Below are positions 24,383 through 31,710 of a stretch of 32,000 bases of DNA, piece by piece. Below the pieces are notes generated by a model that was not told the origin of the DNA, searched no databases, and was given only the letters and a program-made list of their open reading frames with translations. The stretch comes from Bacteroidales bacterium. GTDB taxonomy: Bacteria; Bacteroidota; Bacteroidia; Bacteroidales; ML635J-15. Made by a program: the position numbers and the translations under genes. The DNA is taken from contig JAFXRP010000035.1 in NCBI GenBank assembly GCA_017526205.1, positions 41,268 through 73,267 of the forward strand. The letters run 5' to 3'. Numbering within the stretch: position 1 is the stretch's first letter; each line of letters begins with the position of its first letter.

Positions 24383-25666
24383 CTACTTCTTCGAAGTCAT
24401 TATGTCCAATACATAATGGTCGGTTTCGTTCATGCCGCTGGTGCCAATAAGAGTAAGGTTTCGGATGCAGTCGTCAACATCGTTGTCGATAATTCCTTCG
24501 ACGCACGAAACGCAATGGTTTTCCATTGCCAGCATCGACGAAAAAGCAGCCGATGAAATTCCAGTGGCAATCTTGAGCGAACAACTCGGCTTGGCACCAT
24601 CGCAAATCATTCCGGTAATGTTGGCAATCATATTCTTCACAGAGTAGCAAATCTGCTCGTAGGTTCCGCCCATCAGGTAGGTTATGCCGCAGCTCGAACC
24701 TGTAGATGCAACCACGCAGCCGCACAAAGCCGACAAACGACCAAGGCTCTGCTTAATGTAGATTGATGTCAAGTTACTGAGTATCAAGGCACGGATAAGT
24801 TTTTCCTCTGGCTGTTGAGTATCGCGGGCGTAAATGCACACGGGAACTGTTGTTGCAATACCTTGGTTTCCACTACCGGAGTTACTCATCACAGGACTAG
24901 GACAACCAGCCATACGAGCATCACAGGCAGCCGAGGTATAGGAAACTATATCCTTGAAAATTCCGTTCCCGAAAAGTGCATCGTGCTGATGTCCGTGCAA
25001 CATTTTGCCCAAGGTATGACCAAAATTATTATTGAACGATTCCTCTGCAATCGACATGTTCATCTTGCCAGCCTCGAGGATGAAAGAAATCTCGTCGATT
25101 GGTGCTGTAGTTGCAAAATCGTAAACCTTGCGCATACTGAGATGGCAACTTTCCGAGTCTTTGCATTCCGAAGAGTCAACTTTTTTCTCGAAAATTACCT
25201 CATCGTTGCGCGAAATGTGAATGAAATTTGTATGTCCACAAGCAATTATAGCCTTTGCCGAATCGTTGCCAGCAAAGCAAATTGCCTCAATGTAGAGCTT
25301 TTCTGTGATTCCAGTCTTGCGCTTTATGCTAATACGCTTCTCGTCAATCATCTGCTTACCTTTGGCAATGCTGTCGGCGTTCACATCCTTCAGCACCTCG
25401 AGTCCATATTCCGACTTGCCAATCAAGGCTCCCAACGCAATAGAAATAGGCAGACCGATCATTCCAGTGCCGGGGATACCAACGCCCATTGCATTTTTCA
25501 GCACATTGTCGCTCAGGTAAACCTCGATGCGTTCGGGAACAGAGCCAAGTGTTTCCTTAGCCTTTGCCACCGCCAATGCCACTGCCACAGGTTCGGTACA
25601 TCCGATAGCCGGAACTACCTCGCTCTTAATAAGGTCGATAATCTGTTTTCTTTCCGTTGCGTCCAT
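24383..25666 (-). CDS. UPF0597 / YhaM(CyuA)-family L-cysteine desulfidase (serine-dehydratase-alpha-like fold)
   Basis: 427 aa. GCTEPVAVALAVAKA, PGTGMIGLPI, MSNSGSGNQG and GMICDGAKPSCSLK are collinear with E. coli YhaM. The gene is convergent with dtd, with only 4 nt between the two stop codons. Confidence 0.8.
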   Translation of the reverse strand: MDATERKQIIDLIKSEVVPAIGCTEPVAVALAVAKAKETLGSVPERIEVYLSDNVLKNAMGVGIPGTGMIGLPISIALGALIGKSEYGLEVLKDVNADSIAKGKQMIDEKRISIKRKTGITEKLYIEAICFAGNDSAKAIIACGHTNFIHISRNDEVIFEKKVDSSECKDSESCHLSMRKVYDFATTAPIDEISFILEAGKMNMSIAEESFNNNFGHTLGKMLHGHQHDALFGNGIFKDIVSYTSAACDARMAGCPSPVMSNSGSGNQGIATTVPVCIYARDTQQPEEKLIRALILSNLTSIYIKQSLGRLSALCGCVVASTGSSCGITYLMGGTYEQICYSVKNMIANITGMICDGAKPSCSLKIATGISSAAFSSMLAMENHCVSCVEGIIDNDVDDCIRNLTLIGTSGMNETDHYVLDIMTSKK

Positions 25667-25682
25667 ACAAAAAAATTTTTTG

Positions 25683-25690
25683 CAAAAGTA
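25683..25690 (-). promoter_or_regulatory. Candidate -7 promoter box (TACTTTTG)
   Basis: The reverse complement of caaaagta matches TAnnTTTG, 16 nt upstream of the ATG at 25666. Confidence 0.35.
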
Positions 25691-25762
25691 AGGTTTTTAG
25701 AAATATGAAAGAGCAGTAATCATAATGATAAAAATTTTTTTTGCCATTTCCTTTTTATTCCA

Positions 25763-25770
25763 TACATTTG
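25763..25770 (+). promoter_or_regulatory. Candidate -7 promoter box (TACATTTG)
   Basis: This is the only TAnnTTTG match on the plus strand between 25667 and 26048. If used, it gives a roughly 270-nt leader in front of the T9SS cargo gene. Confidence 0.25.
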
Positions 25771-26048
25771 CCGTTGGTTTGGTGAATAACCAAGCCGTAC
25801 ATATTGATTAACGAAGCGTTATGCTCGTCTTGTTAGTAGAAATGTGAGAAACTTCTATCAGGGACAAGAGAGTGTAATAATTCGCGCTATAGCGTGGATT
25901 GTTATATCTACATCTTTCCCACAGGTAATTCTCACAACCTCTACTAAAAGAAGTGGTATATCAGTGCCACGCTTCTATTATGTAAAATTGTCCATTTGGT
26001 ACTGGTGGGCGAAAGAGGTTGCGCCCGACACGGATTAGGGATACAAAA

Positions 26049-27512
26049 ATGAAAATTTGTATTTTTTACAAAAAAGCAATTTACAAAATGAGTTTTTTAT
26101 TAGGTATCTTATTTGCTCTCAACGCAAATGCACAAACAGAGATAACCAATCTTAACTTTGAGAGTTGGAATGGAACAGAGCCATCAAACTGGACAACTTC
26201 AAATGAACTTTCAACAGATGGTGGTGGTGTACAGACAGCATTCAAAGAAACAACAAATCCTGGCGAAGGGTCCGCTTCACTTAAACTTGTAACAGGCAGT
26301 TGCCCAGAATGTCCTAATTTCCAAATTGGAGGATTTATGGGTTTTGGTGGAATTTCACTACCTTTTCCAAATCCAGTTGGCGGTTTCATACAACTTGGAG
26401 AATATGGCGAAGGTGTTCCTTACAATAAGCGACCAGTTTCTGTTGATTTCATTTACAAAGCAAAACCAATGGGCAACGATGCTGCATGCTTTCACATTCA
26501 ACTTACTAGGTACAACAATTCTACAAATCAAACCGATACAATTGGGGAATGCTATTTCGAGGTTAGCAATACTGTAGATGAATGGACACAAATGAACATT
26601 CCTTTTGCGTACTCATCACCGCTTGCACCCGATACAATCAATATCCTGATTACATCAAGCGTTGGTTCTGTCCCAGACTATTCCGCTATGTTTCCCGGAT
26701 TTCCTTCTCCATCGCAACTTGGTATACCTTCACCCGTTGCAGGTAGCGAATTCTATATCGACGGAATAGTTTTTAATATGCCTTCATGCGACGGCTTTTC
26801 AGTAAATGTGACAGGAACCAATGAAACATCTATAGGTGCAATGGACGGTACTGCTACAGCTACTCCAAATGGAGGAACTTCGCCATACACTTACATTTGG
26901 AACAATTTTGCCACAACTCAAACAATAAACAATTTACCACCAGCAACATATTTTGTTACGGTTACCGATGGAAATGCTTGTCAAAAGGTGGGCAAATACA
27001 CGGTAAATCCAGCTGGGTGCAATATATCTGTAAATGTTACTGGAACAAATTCAAATAGCAATTCAATATTCTCTGGTACAGGCTCAGCAACAGCTAATGT
27101 CACTGGTGGCAATCCGCCATATAGTTACACTTGGAACAATGGAGAAGAGACACAGACAATTACAAATCTTGCAGTTGGTGCATATTCGGTATTAGTCGAA
27201 GAAATTAACAATTCAGGATGTGTAGCTTGGGGATTCTATACTGTTTATGGTCCAAATGGTGCAGCAGTAGAAAATGAATTTATAGGCTCAATAAAGATGT
27301 ATCCTAATCCAACTGATGATTTCATAAATGTTAATGGAGATGTTGAAATTACAGAAGTATCCATTTATGATGGACTTGGAAGACTTGTAACACATAGCAA
27401 TATTTATGATACATCTGCTAGCATTAATGTATCATCGTTTGAAGCAGGAATATACATTGTGCTCATAAATACTGAAAAAGGAATTCTCGAAAGTAAATTC
27501 ATAAAGGAATAA
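26049..27512 (+). CDS. T9SS-secreted protein: PCMD-like N-terminal domain, two SprB-type repeats, C-terminal T9SS sorting domain
   Basis: The start was moved to the ATG at 26049 (MKICIFYKKAIYKMSFLLGILFALNANAQ signal); an alternative ATG is at 26088. The N-terminal NLNFESWNG..PSNWTTSN resembles the putative carbohydrate metabolism (PCMD) domain. Two roughly 76-aa repeats (DNA 26787-27017 and 27018-27246) carry GG.(S/P)PY.Y.WNN...TQTI.NL..G.Y. The C-terminus IKMYPNPTDDFINV...GIYIVLINTEKGILESKFIKE is a type A Por secretion tail. Confidence 0.8.
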   Translation: MKICIFYKKAIYKMSFLLGILFALNANAQTEITNLNFESWNGTEPSNWTTSNELSTDGGGVQTAFKETTNPGEGSASLKLVTGSCPECPNFQIGGFMGFGGISLPFPNPVGGFIQLGEYGEGVPYNKRPVSVDFIYKAKPMGNDAACFHIQLTRYNNSTNQTDTIGECYFEVSNTVDEWTQMNIPFAYSSPLAPDTINILITSSVGSVPDYSAMFPGFPSPSQLGIPSPVAGSEFYIDGIVFNMPSCDGFSVNVTGTNETSIGAMDGTATATPNGGTSPYTYIWNNFATTQTINNLPPATYFVTVTDGNACQKVGKYTVNPAGCNISVNVTGTNSNSNSIFSGTGSATANVTGGNPPYSYTWNNGEETQTITNLAVGAYSVLVEEINNSGCVAWGFYTVYGPNGAAVENEFIGSIKMYPNPTDDFINVNGDVEITEVSIYDGLGRLVTHSNIYDTSASINVSSFEAGIYIVLINTEKGILESKFIKE

Positions 27513-27528
27513 GAGAATTTATTACACG

Positions 27529-27567
27529 AAAAAGGAATGTGTTTAATTAAAATGCATTCCTTTTTTT
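27529..27567 (+). terminator. Intrinsic terminator after the T9SS cargo gene
   Basis: aaaaaggaatg (27529-27539) pairs with cattccttttt (27555-27565); the T run that forms the 3' half of this arm extends to 27567. It starts 17 nt after the stop codon. Confidence 0.7.
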
Positions 27568-27616
27568 ATTATAATTAATTTATATTCAATTAAATACAAT
27601 TTTCTATTGACAAAAA

Positions 27617-27632
27617 TTGCGTATATACGCAA
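27617..27632. promoter_or_regulatory. Perfect 16-nt palindrome TTGCGTATATACGCAA (operator-like)
   Basis: Exactly self-complementary, located 123 nt upstream of the Fic ATG. Confidence 0.5.
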
Positions 27633-27649
27633 AAATTTTCAATGAGTGC

Positions 27650-27706
27650 TTTGCGGCTCAAAAGATTGTAAAACGAAGATTTTTTTCTTTCATCATGAGC
27701 CGCAAA
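27650..27706. promoter_or_regulatory. 11-bp perfect inverted repeat TTTGCGGCTCA / TGAGCCGCAAA with 35-nt spacer
   Basis: The arms are at 27650-27660 and 27696-27706. A further CCGCAAA lies at 27732-27738. All of these share the TTGCG/CGCAA core with the 16-nt palindrome. Confidence 0.5.
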
Positions 27707-27754
27707 TTGTGAAAAATGTTGCATATTTGCACCGCAAATATAAATCTGATTTTT

Positions 27755-28789
27755 ATGGATAATAATAGAGAAATATTGCAATATCTTCATTATCACCCTT
27801 TATCATCTCGTAATGAAATATCGGAAGGTATTCCTTTTGATGGTAGTGATGCAACTTTAAAACGAAAGATTGCTACTGAAATAGAAAAAGGGAATATAAT
27901 AGTGAGTGGCAATAACAAATCTACACGATACAGCCTTTCGGCAAAAGCTCAATTGTTGATGCCGTTGAATCTTGATACATATTTTGCTAAAGATATTGAT
28001 GAACGACAAGTGCAGACATCATTTAACTTCTCACTTATTCAGGAACAGCTGCAAAATGTTAAGTTGTTTTCAGATGAAGAATCTGCACACCTCAACGAAT
28101 TGCAAAATGTGTTTCGCAAGCACATAAGCGAAATGACCGAAAACGAATATCGTAAGGAGATGGAACGTCTTGGCATTGATTTAAGCTGGAAGTCGTCGCA
28201 AATAGAAGGCAACACGTATTCGCTTCTGGAAACTGAACGGTTACTTCGTGAAAGCAAAACTGCCAATGGTAAAACCAAGGAAGAGGCTGTGATGTTGTTA
28301 AATCATAAAGATGCTTTGCGCTTTTTACTTGATAATCCCGATTATTTACAAACACTTACAATTAATCGTATCGAGGACATACACACATTGCTAACTAAAG
28401 AATTGTCAGTAGACAAAGGACTTAGACATAGGCGTGTAGGTGTTACTGGAACAAATTATCATCCGCTTGACAATGAATTTCAGATTAGGGAAGCCATGCG
28501 CGATACTTGTTCGCTGATAAATAGCAAAACTGATGTCTTTGAAAAAGCATTGCTTGCATTACTATTATTCAGTTATATACAGCCATTTATGGATGATAAC
28601 AAACGTACAGCACGTATAACAAGTAATGCTTTATTAATTGCAAACGGTTACTGCCCTATTTCGTTCCGCACTGTTGATTCCATTGATTATAAAAAGGCAA
28701 TGCTTATATTTTACGAGCAAAACAACCTATATGCTTTTAAACAGATATTCATATCTCAGTTTGAATTTGCTGTGCAAGAGTACTTCTAA
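27755..28789 (+). CDS. Fic/Doc-family protein with N-terminal winged-helix-like region and degenerate catalytic motif
   Basis: The ATG at 27755 gives MDNNREILQYLHYHPLSSRNEISEGI, which looks wHTH-like. A class II-type inhibitory motif, SSQIEG ([S/T]xxxE[G/N]), lies at 28193-28210. The Fic motif position reads QPFMDDNKRTAR (28580-28615) instead of HPFx(D/E)GNGRxxR. Confidence 0.8.
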   Translation: MDNNREILQYLHYHPLSSRNEISEGIPFDGSDATLKRKIATEIEKGNIIVSGNNKSTRYSLSAKAQLLMPLNLDTYFAKDIDERQVQTSFNFSLIQEQLQNVKLFSDEESAHLNELQNVFRKHISEMTENEYRKEMERLGIDLSWKSSQIEGNTYSLLETERLLRESKTANGKTKEEAVMLLNHKDALRFLLDNPDYLQTLTINRIEDIHTLLTKELSVDKGLRHRRVGVTGTNYHPLDNEFQIREAMRDTCSLINSKTDVFEKALLALLLFSYIQPFMDDNKRTARITSNALLIANGYCPISFRTVDSIDYKKAMLIFYEQNNLYAFKQIFISQFEFAVQEYF

Positions 28790-28871
28790 ATGTTTCAAAT
28801 TTTGATTTTTCTGTTAATCCAAATGTTGAAAAAATAGCATAAGATTTTTATGTATTTTGCCGTGCAGAATG

Positions 28872-28879
28872 TAGTTTTG
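28872..28879 (+). promoter_or_regulatory. Candidate -7 promoter box (TAGTTTTG)
   Basis: Matches TAnnTTTG, 23 nt upstream of the ATG at 28903. Confidence 0.35.
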
Positions 28880-28902
28880 CACAAAATAAAATATTTACGA
28901 CA

Positions 28903-31068
28903 ATGAAAAGCTTAAAGGAACTGATGCCCGAAATTTACTTCGAGGTAATGGACAAGGAAGATTTCGCAGAACACGAAATGTACCTTAACAAGATAATCGA
29001 CCCCAACAACCACACAAAGATATTCAAGCAGAAAGGCGACATCGAGGAGTTCGTTTTCTACAACTTCGACCTCAAGCGCCTGAAAAACAAAATTCTGAAA
29101 GTCGTATCCAGTACAAAGAACAATGTGCTGATGTACAGGGTTTTCCCGAGCAAGGAACACGATTTTATACTTGCTTCGTTCTACGAAGACCTTGAGTTCA
29201 GTTCGCGCCGAAACGAATTCAACATCCCAAATACAGAGGATTTCAGGAAAATATTCATCGACAAGAACAACAAAATTACAAAGTATGTCGATTTCGGTTG
29301 CAAGGTTGACGAGGCAAAGAAAAAAACAACCTTGTTGCTGAAATGCGTAAATATTTCGCACAATACACTTATTTCCAACATATTCGAAACCATCGAACGC
29401 CACGAACTCAACTGCGACTACATGGAATTGTGGCAGGTAAAGAAGTCGGATAAGAAAATTGATGTTTACTACGAAATAGCCATCGAAATAAGTTCGCTGC
29501 TTCCGAAGGAAGAAATTGACTCGATAGGCGACGACTTCGAACGCTACATACAGTGCTACATTAAGCCAATGAGTATTTTCGACCTTGTTGGTCCTGCTAT
29601 GGTCGGTCCGTCGAGCTCGCACACCGCCGGCGCAAACCGCATCGGACAGATTGCACGAAACATTATCTGCGCTGTTGAACAGTCGGGCGAAAAGATTGAA
29701 ACAGTAGAAGTTAAGCTTATCGGTTCGTTCCGCGACACTGGCGTTGGCCACAAGACTCCATCGGCTCTCGGCGGCGGACTTTGCGGTTATGCTACCGACG
29801 ACCCGCGTATGATTGAAGCAGGAAACCCACAGTCGTTGAGCAAGAACGGAATCAAGTTTGCAAACTGCACCGCAAAGTTCAACGGATACAAGAAAGGTTC
29901 TACCGACGACGATGCAAGATATGCCGACCAGAAAAACGCAAACATTGCCGAGGTCATCTTCAAGACCGACAAGGGAACACATTGTGTAACAGGTTTTTCA
30001 ATCGGTGCTGGAAATGTTGAGATAAGGTTCTACGATGGAATGCTCGATTTTGCACTCGACGGAAAGATTGATACTGTCCTGAATGGTGGAAAAATTGAAA
30101 AAATCAACGAAAAGAACGCAAATCTGCCGAAAATTGCAAAGATTTACCACGAAAATTCGGCTACTGAACTTCCAATGATGCCTTTCCACACTTTCGAGGA
30201 ACTTATCGAATATGTAAACGAGGAAAAGATAAACTTGATTGATTTGATTCTTGACATCGAAAGACAGTTGCAGAATACCGATCGCAAGCAGGTTTACGAT
30301 AAGATGCGCAGCTACTGGAACATTATGCAGAAATCGGTTGACGATGGTATCCGCAGCAATGAACTTACATTGCTCAAGCTTACCGGCAAGGATTCGAAGA
30401 ATATCAACAAGTATCGCGAAGGCAACAAGATTTTCGACAACATTTACGGAAAGGCTGTTGCTTACGCAGTGGCCGTTAACGAGATAAATGCGAAATCGGG
30501 CGTTATAATCGCTTGTCCAACAGCAGGTTCATGCGGTATTTTGCCAGGTGTACTTAAAGCTTACAACGAAGTTCACAAGCCAGACGAAGACAGAATATTG
30601 GAATCGTTGATGATTGCCGGTTTCTTTGGAATGATACTCTTCGGTGATGTTTCGACTGCCGGAGCAGATTATGGTTGCCAAGCCGAAATTGGTTCGGCAG
30701 CAGCTATGGCAGCATCGGCACTTGTTTATCTCGAAGGTGGCGATGTAGAACAGATGATCGAAGGATTCACCATTGCAATAAAGAACTCGCTTGGTCTTAT
30801 CTGCGACCCGATTGCCGGACTTGTTGAAGTTCCATGTGTAAAGCGTAACGGTATTTATTCTTCGCACGCAATTAGTGCAGCTTTGATGGCTTTGAGCGGT
30901 GTCAAGTCGTTTGTATCACCTGACGAAGTTGTTCTTACCATGCGTGAAGTTGGTGAACGACTGAATGTCGACTACAAGGAAACTGGTAAGGCTGGTCTCG
31001 CCAAGACCCGTGACGGCAAGGAAGTGGAGAAGAACTTTGCCAACGAGGTGAAGAAATTCTTCAACTAG
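28903..31068 (+). CDS. sdaA: Iron-sulfur L-serine dehydratase (single-chain beta+alpha) with a 222-aa N-terminal extension
   Basis: From residue 223 (ATG 29569) the sequence is a complete SdaA. The beta domain begins MSIFDLVGPAMVGPSSSHTAG. The alpha domain has the three Cys ligands CPTAGSCG, GCQAEIGSAAAMAA and VPCVKRNG. Residues 1-222 are in frame with no stop, have coding-like codon usage, and match no family I recognise. Confidence 0.85.
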   Translation: MKSLKELMPEIYFEVMDKEDFAEHEMYLNKIIDPNNHTKIFKQKGDIEEFVFYNFDLKRLKNKILKVVSSTKNNVLMYRVFPSKEHDFILASFYEDLEFSSRRNEFNIPNTEDFRKIFIDKNNKITKYVDFGCKVDEAKKKTTLLLKCVNISHNTLISNIFETIERHELNCDYMELWQVKKSDKKIDVYYEIAIEISSLLPKEEIDSIGDDFERYIQCYIKPMSIFDLVGPAMVGPSSSHTAGANRIGQIARNIICAVEQSGEKIETVEVKLIGSFRDTGVGHKTPSALGGGLCGYATDDPRMIEAGNPQSLSKNGIKFANCTAKFNGYKKGSTDDDARYADQKNANIAEVIFKTDKGTHCVTGFSIGAGNVEIRFYDGMLDFALDGKIDTVLNGGKIEKINEKNANLPKIAKIYHENSATELPMMPFHTFEELIEYVNEEKINLIDLILDIERQLQNTDRKQVYDKMRSYWNIMQKSVDDGIRSNELTLLKLTGKDSKNINKYREGNKIFDNIYGKAVAYAVAVNEINAKSGVIIACPTAGSCGILPGVLKAYNEVHKPDEDRILESLMIAGFFGMILFGDVSTAGADYGCQAEIGSAAAMAASALVYLEGGDVEQMIEGFTIAIKNSLGLICDPIAGLVEVPCVKRNGIYSSHAISAALMALSGVKSFVSPDEVVLTMREVGERLNVDYKETGKAGLAKTRDGKEVEKNFANEVKKFFN

Positions 31069-31080
31069 AAGTAACCGCAA

Positions 31081-31156
31081 CCGCCCACTGAGCCTGTCGA
31101 AGTGAAGTTTTTTTAGTAATAATTAATCCAACCCATTCGACAAGCTCAGGGTGCTG
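31081..31156 (+). repeat. REP-like imperfect hairpin element, copy B
   Basis: The left arm ccgcccactgagcctgtcgaa (31081-31101) pairs imperfectly with the right arm ttcgacaagctcagggtgctg (31136-31156), at 17 of 21 positions. It starts 12 nt after the sdaA stop. Confidence 0.7.
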
Positions 31157-31205
31157 AAATTCTTATTATTATTGCATCAAATAATTATTGTAAAAATTTA
31201 CTGAT

Positions 31206-31574
31206 ATGAAATCAAGACTTTTTATTTCACTACTCGTTGTAGCAATGGGTGTGATAGTGTTTAGCGGTTGCCAGAAACGGTCATCATGCAATGGCGGAAT
31301 ACAAGGACATTTGGAAGTACTTGATGAACCTTATAAAACAGATCTTAATTTTTTTTATGTTAGTAATGTGAAAGTCACAGCTAATTTTTATGATTCTAAT
31401 AATCGTATTTATTTTATAACAGGCAAAGTTCCTAAAAAAATATCTCATAATTCTTTGGTAACAGCAAAAATTCATGTTGTTGACCCAGGTGAAGAATATG
31501 ATTCAAAACCACATTACGCGCAACCATTAGCAGAAGTCTATAAATTGGATTGTATTTGTATTGATGAAGAATAA
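31206..31574 (+). CDS. Small lipoprotein of unknown function
   Basis: 122 aa with a signal peptide and lipobox (MKSRLFISLLVVAMGVIVFSGC). No family recognised. Confidence 0.55.
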   Translation: MKSRLFISLLVVAMGVIVFSGCQKRSSCNGGIQGHLEVLDEPYKTDLNFFYVSNVKVTANFYDSNNRIYFITGKVPKKISHNSLVTAKIHVVDPGEEYDSKPHYAQPLAEVYKLDCICIDEE

Positions 31575-31581
31575 TAACTAA

Positions 31582-31656
31582 CCGCCCACTAAGCCTATCG
31601 AAGAGAAGGTTAAAGAAAAATATTTCGGCTTACCCTTCTACAAGCTCAGGGTGCTG
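31582..31656 (+). repeat. REP-like imperfect hairpin element, copy C
   Basis: Left arm ccgcccactaagcctatcgaa (31582-31602); right arm ttctacaagctcagggtgctg (31636-31656). It starts 7 nt after the lipoprotein stop and is more degenerate than copy B. Confidence 0.65.
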
Positions 31657-31666
31657 AATGATGCGA

Positions 31667-31710
31667 ATAATTATCAATTGTTAATTGTACATTATCCATT
31701 ATTAATTTGA
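31667..31710. repeat. Copy B of the roughly 44-nt intergenic element (partner at 6247-6290)
   Basis: Matches 6247-6290 at 39/44 positions and lies directly after REP-like copy C. Confidence 0.7.

Noticed and set aside
24815-25708. 297-aa ORF on the plus strand
   Set aside because: It is antisense to the YhaM/CyuA-type desulfidase, which has full-length family similarity. The composition is low-complexity and His/Cys/Asn-rich, and it would run through the divergent promoter region.
25844-26038. 64-aa GTG-initiated ORF in the long spacer
   Set aside because: It has a non-ATG start, no promoter proximity and no motifs. It overlaps the predicted stems, so I treated it as non-coding.
27590-27796. 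68-aa minus-strand ORF upstream of the Fic gene
   Set aside because: It spans the palindrome cluster and overlaps the Fic start. It is AT-rich nonsense and convergent with the terminator region.
28912-29982. 356-aa ORF on the minus strand
   Set aside because: It is antisense to the sdaA-type gene, and the long open frame is explained by the codon bias of the sense strand. It has no motifs and no promoter box.
31073-31156. Integron attC-like recombination sites after gene stops
   Set aside because: Imperfect inverted repeats after stop codons superficially resemble attC. However, I could not find the RYYYAAC / GTTRRRY core sites, no intI gene is present, and the flanked genes include core metabolism (sdaA, ade).
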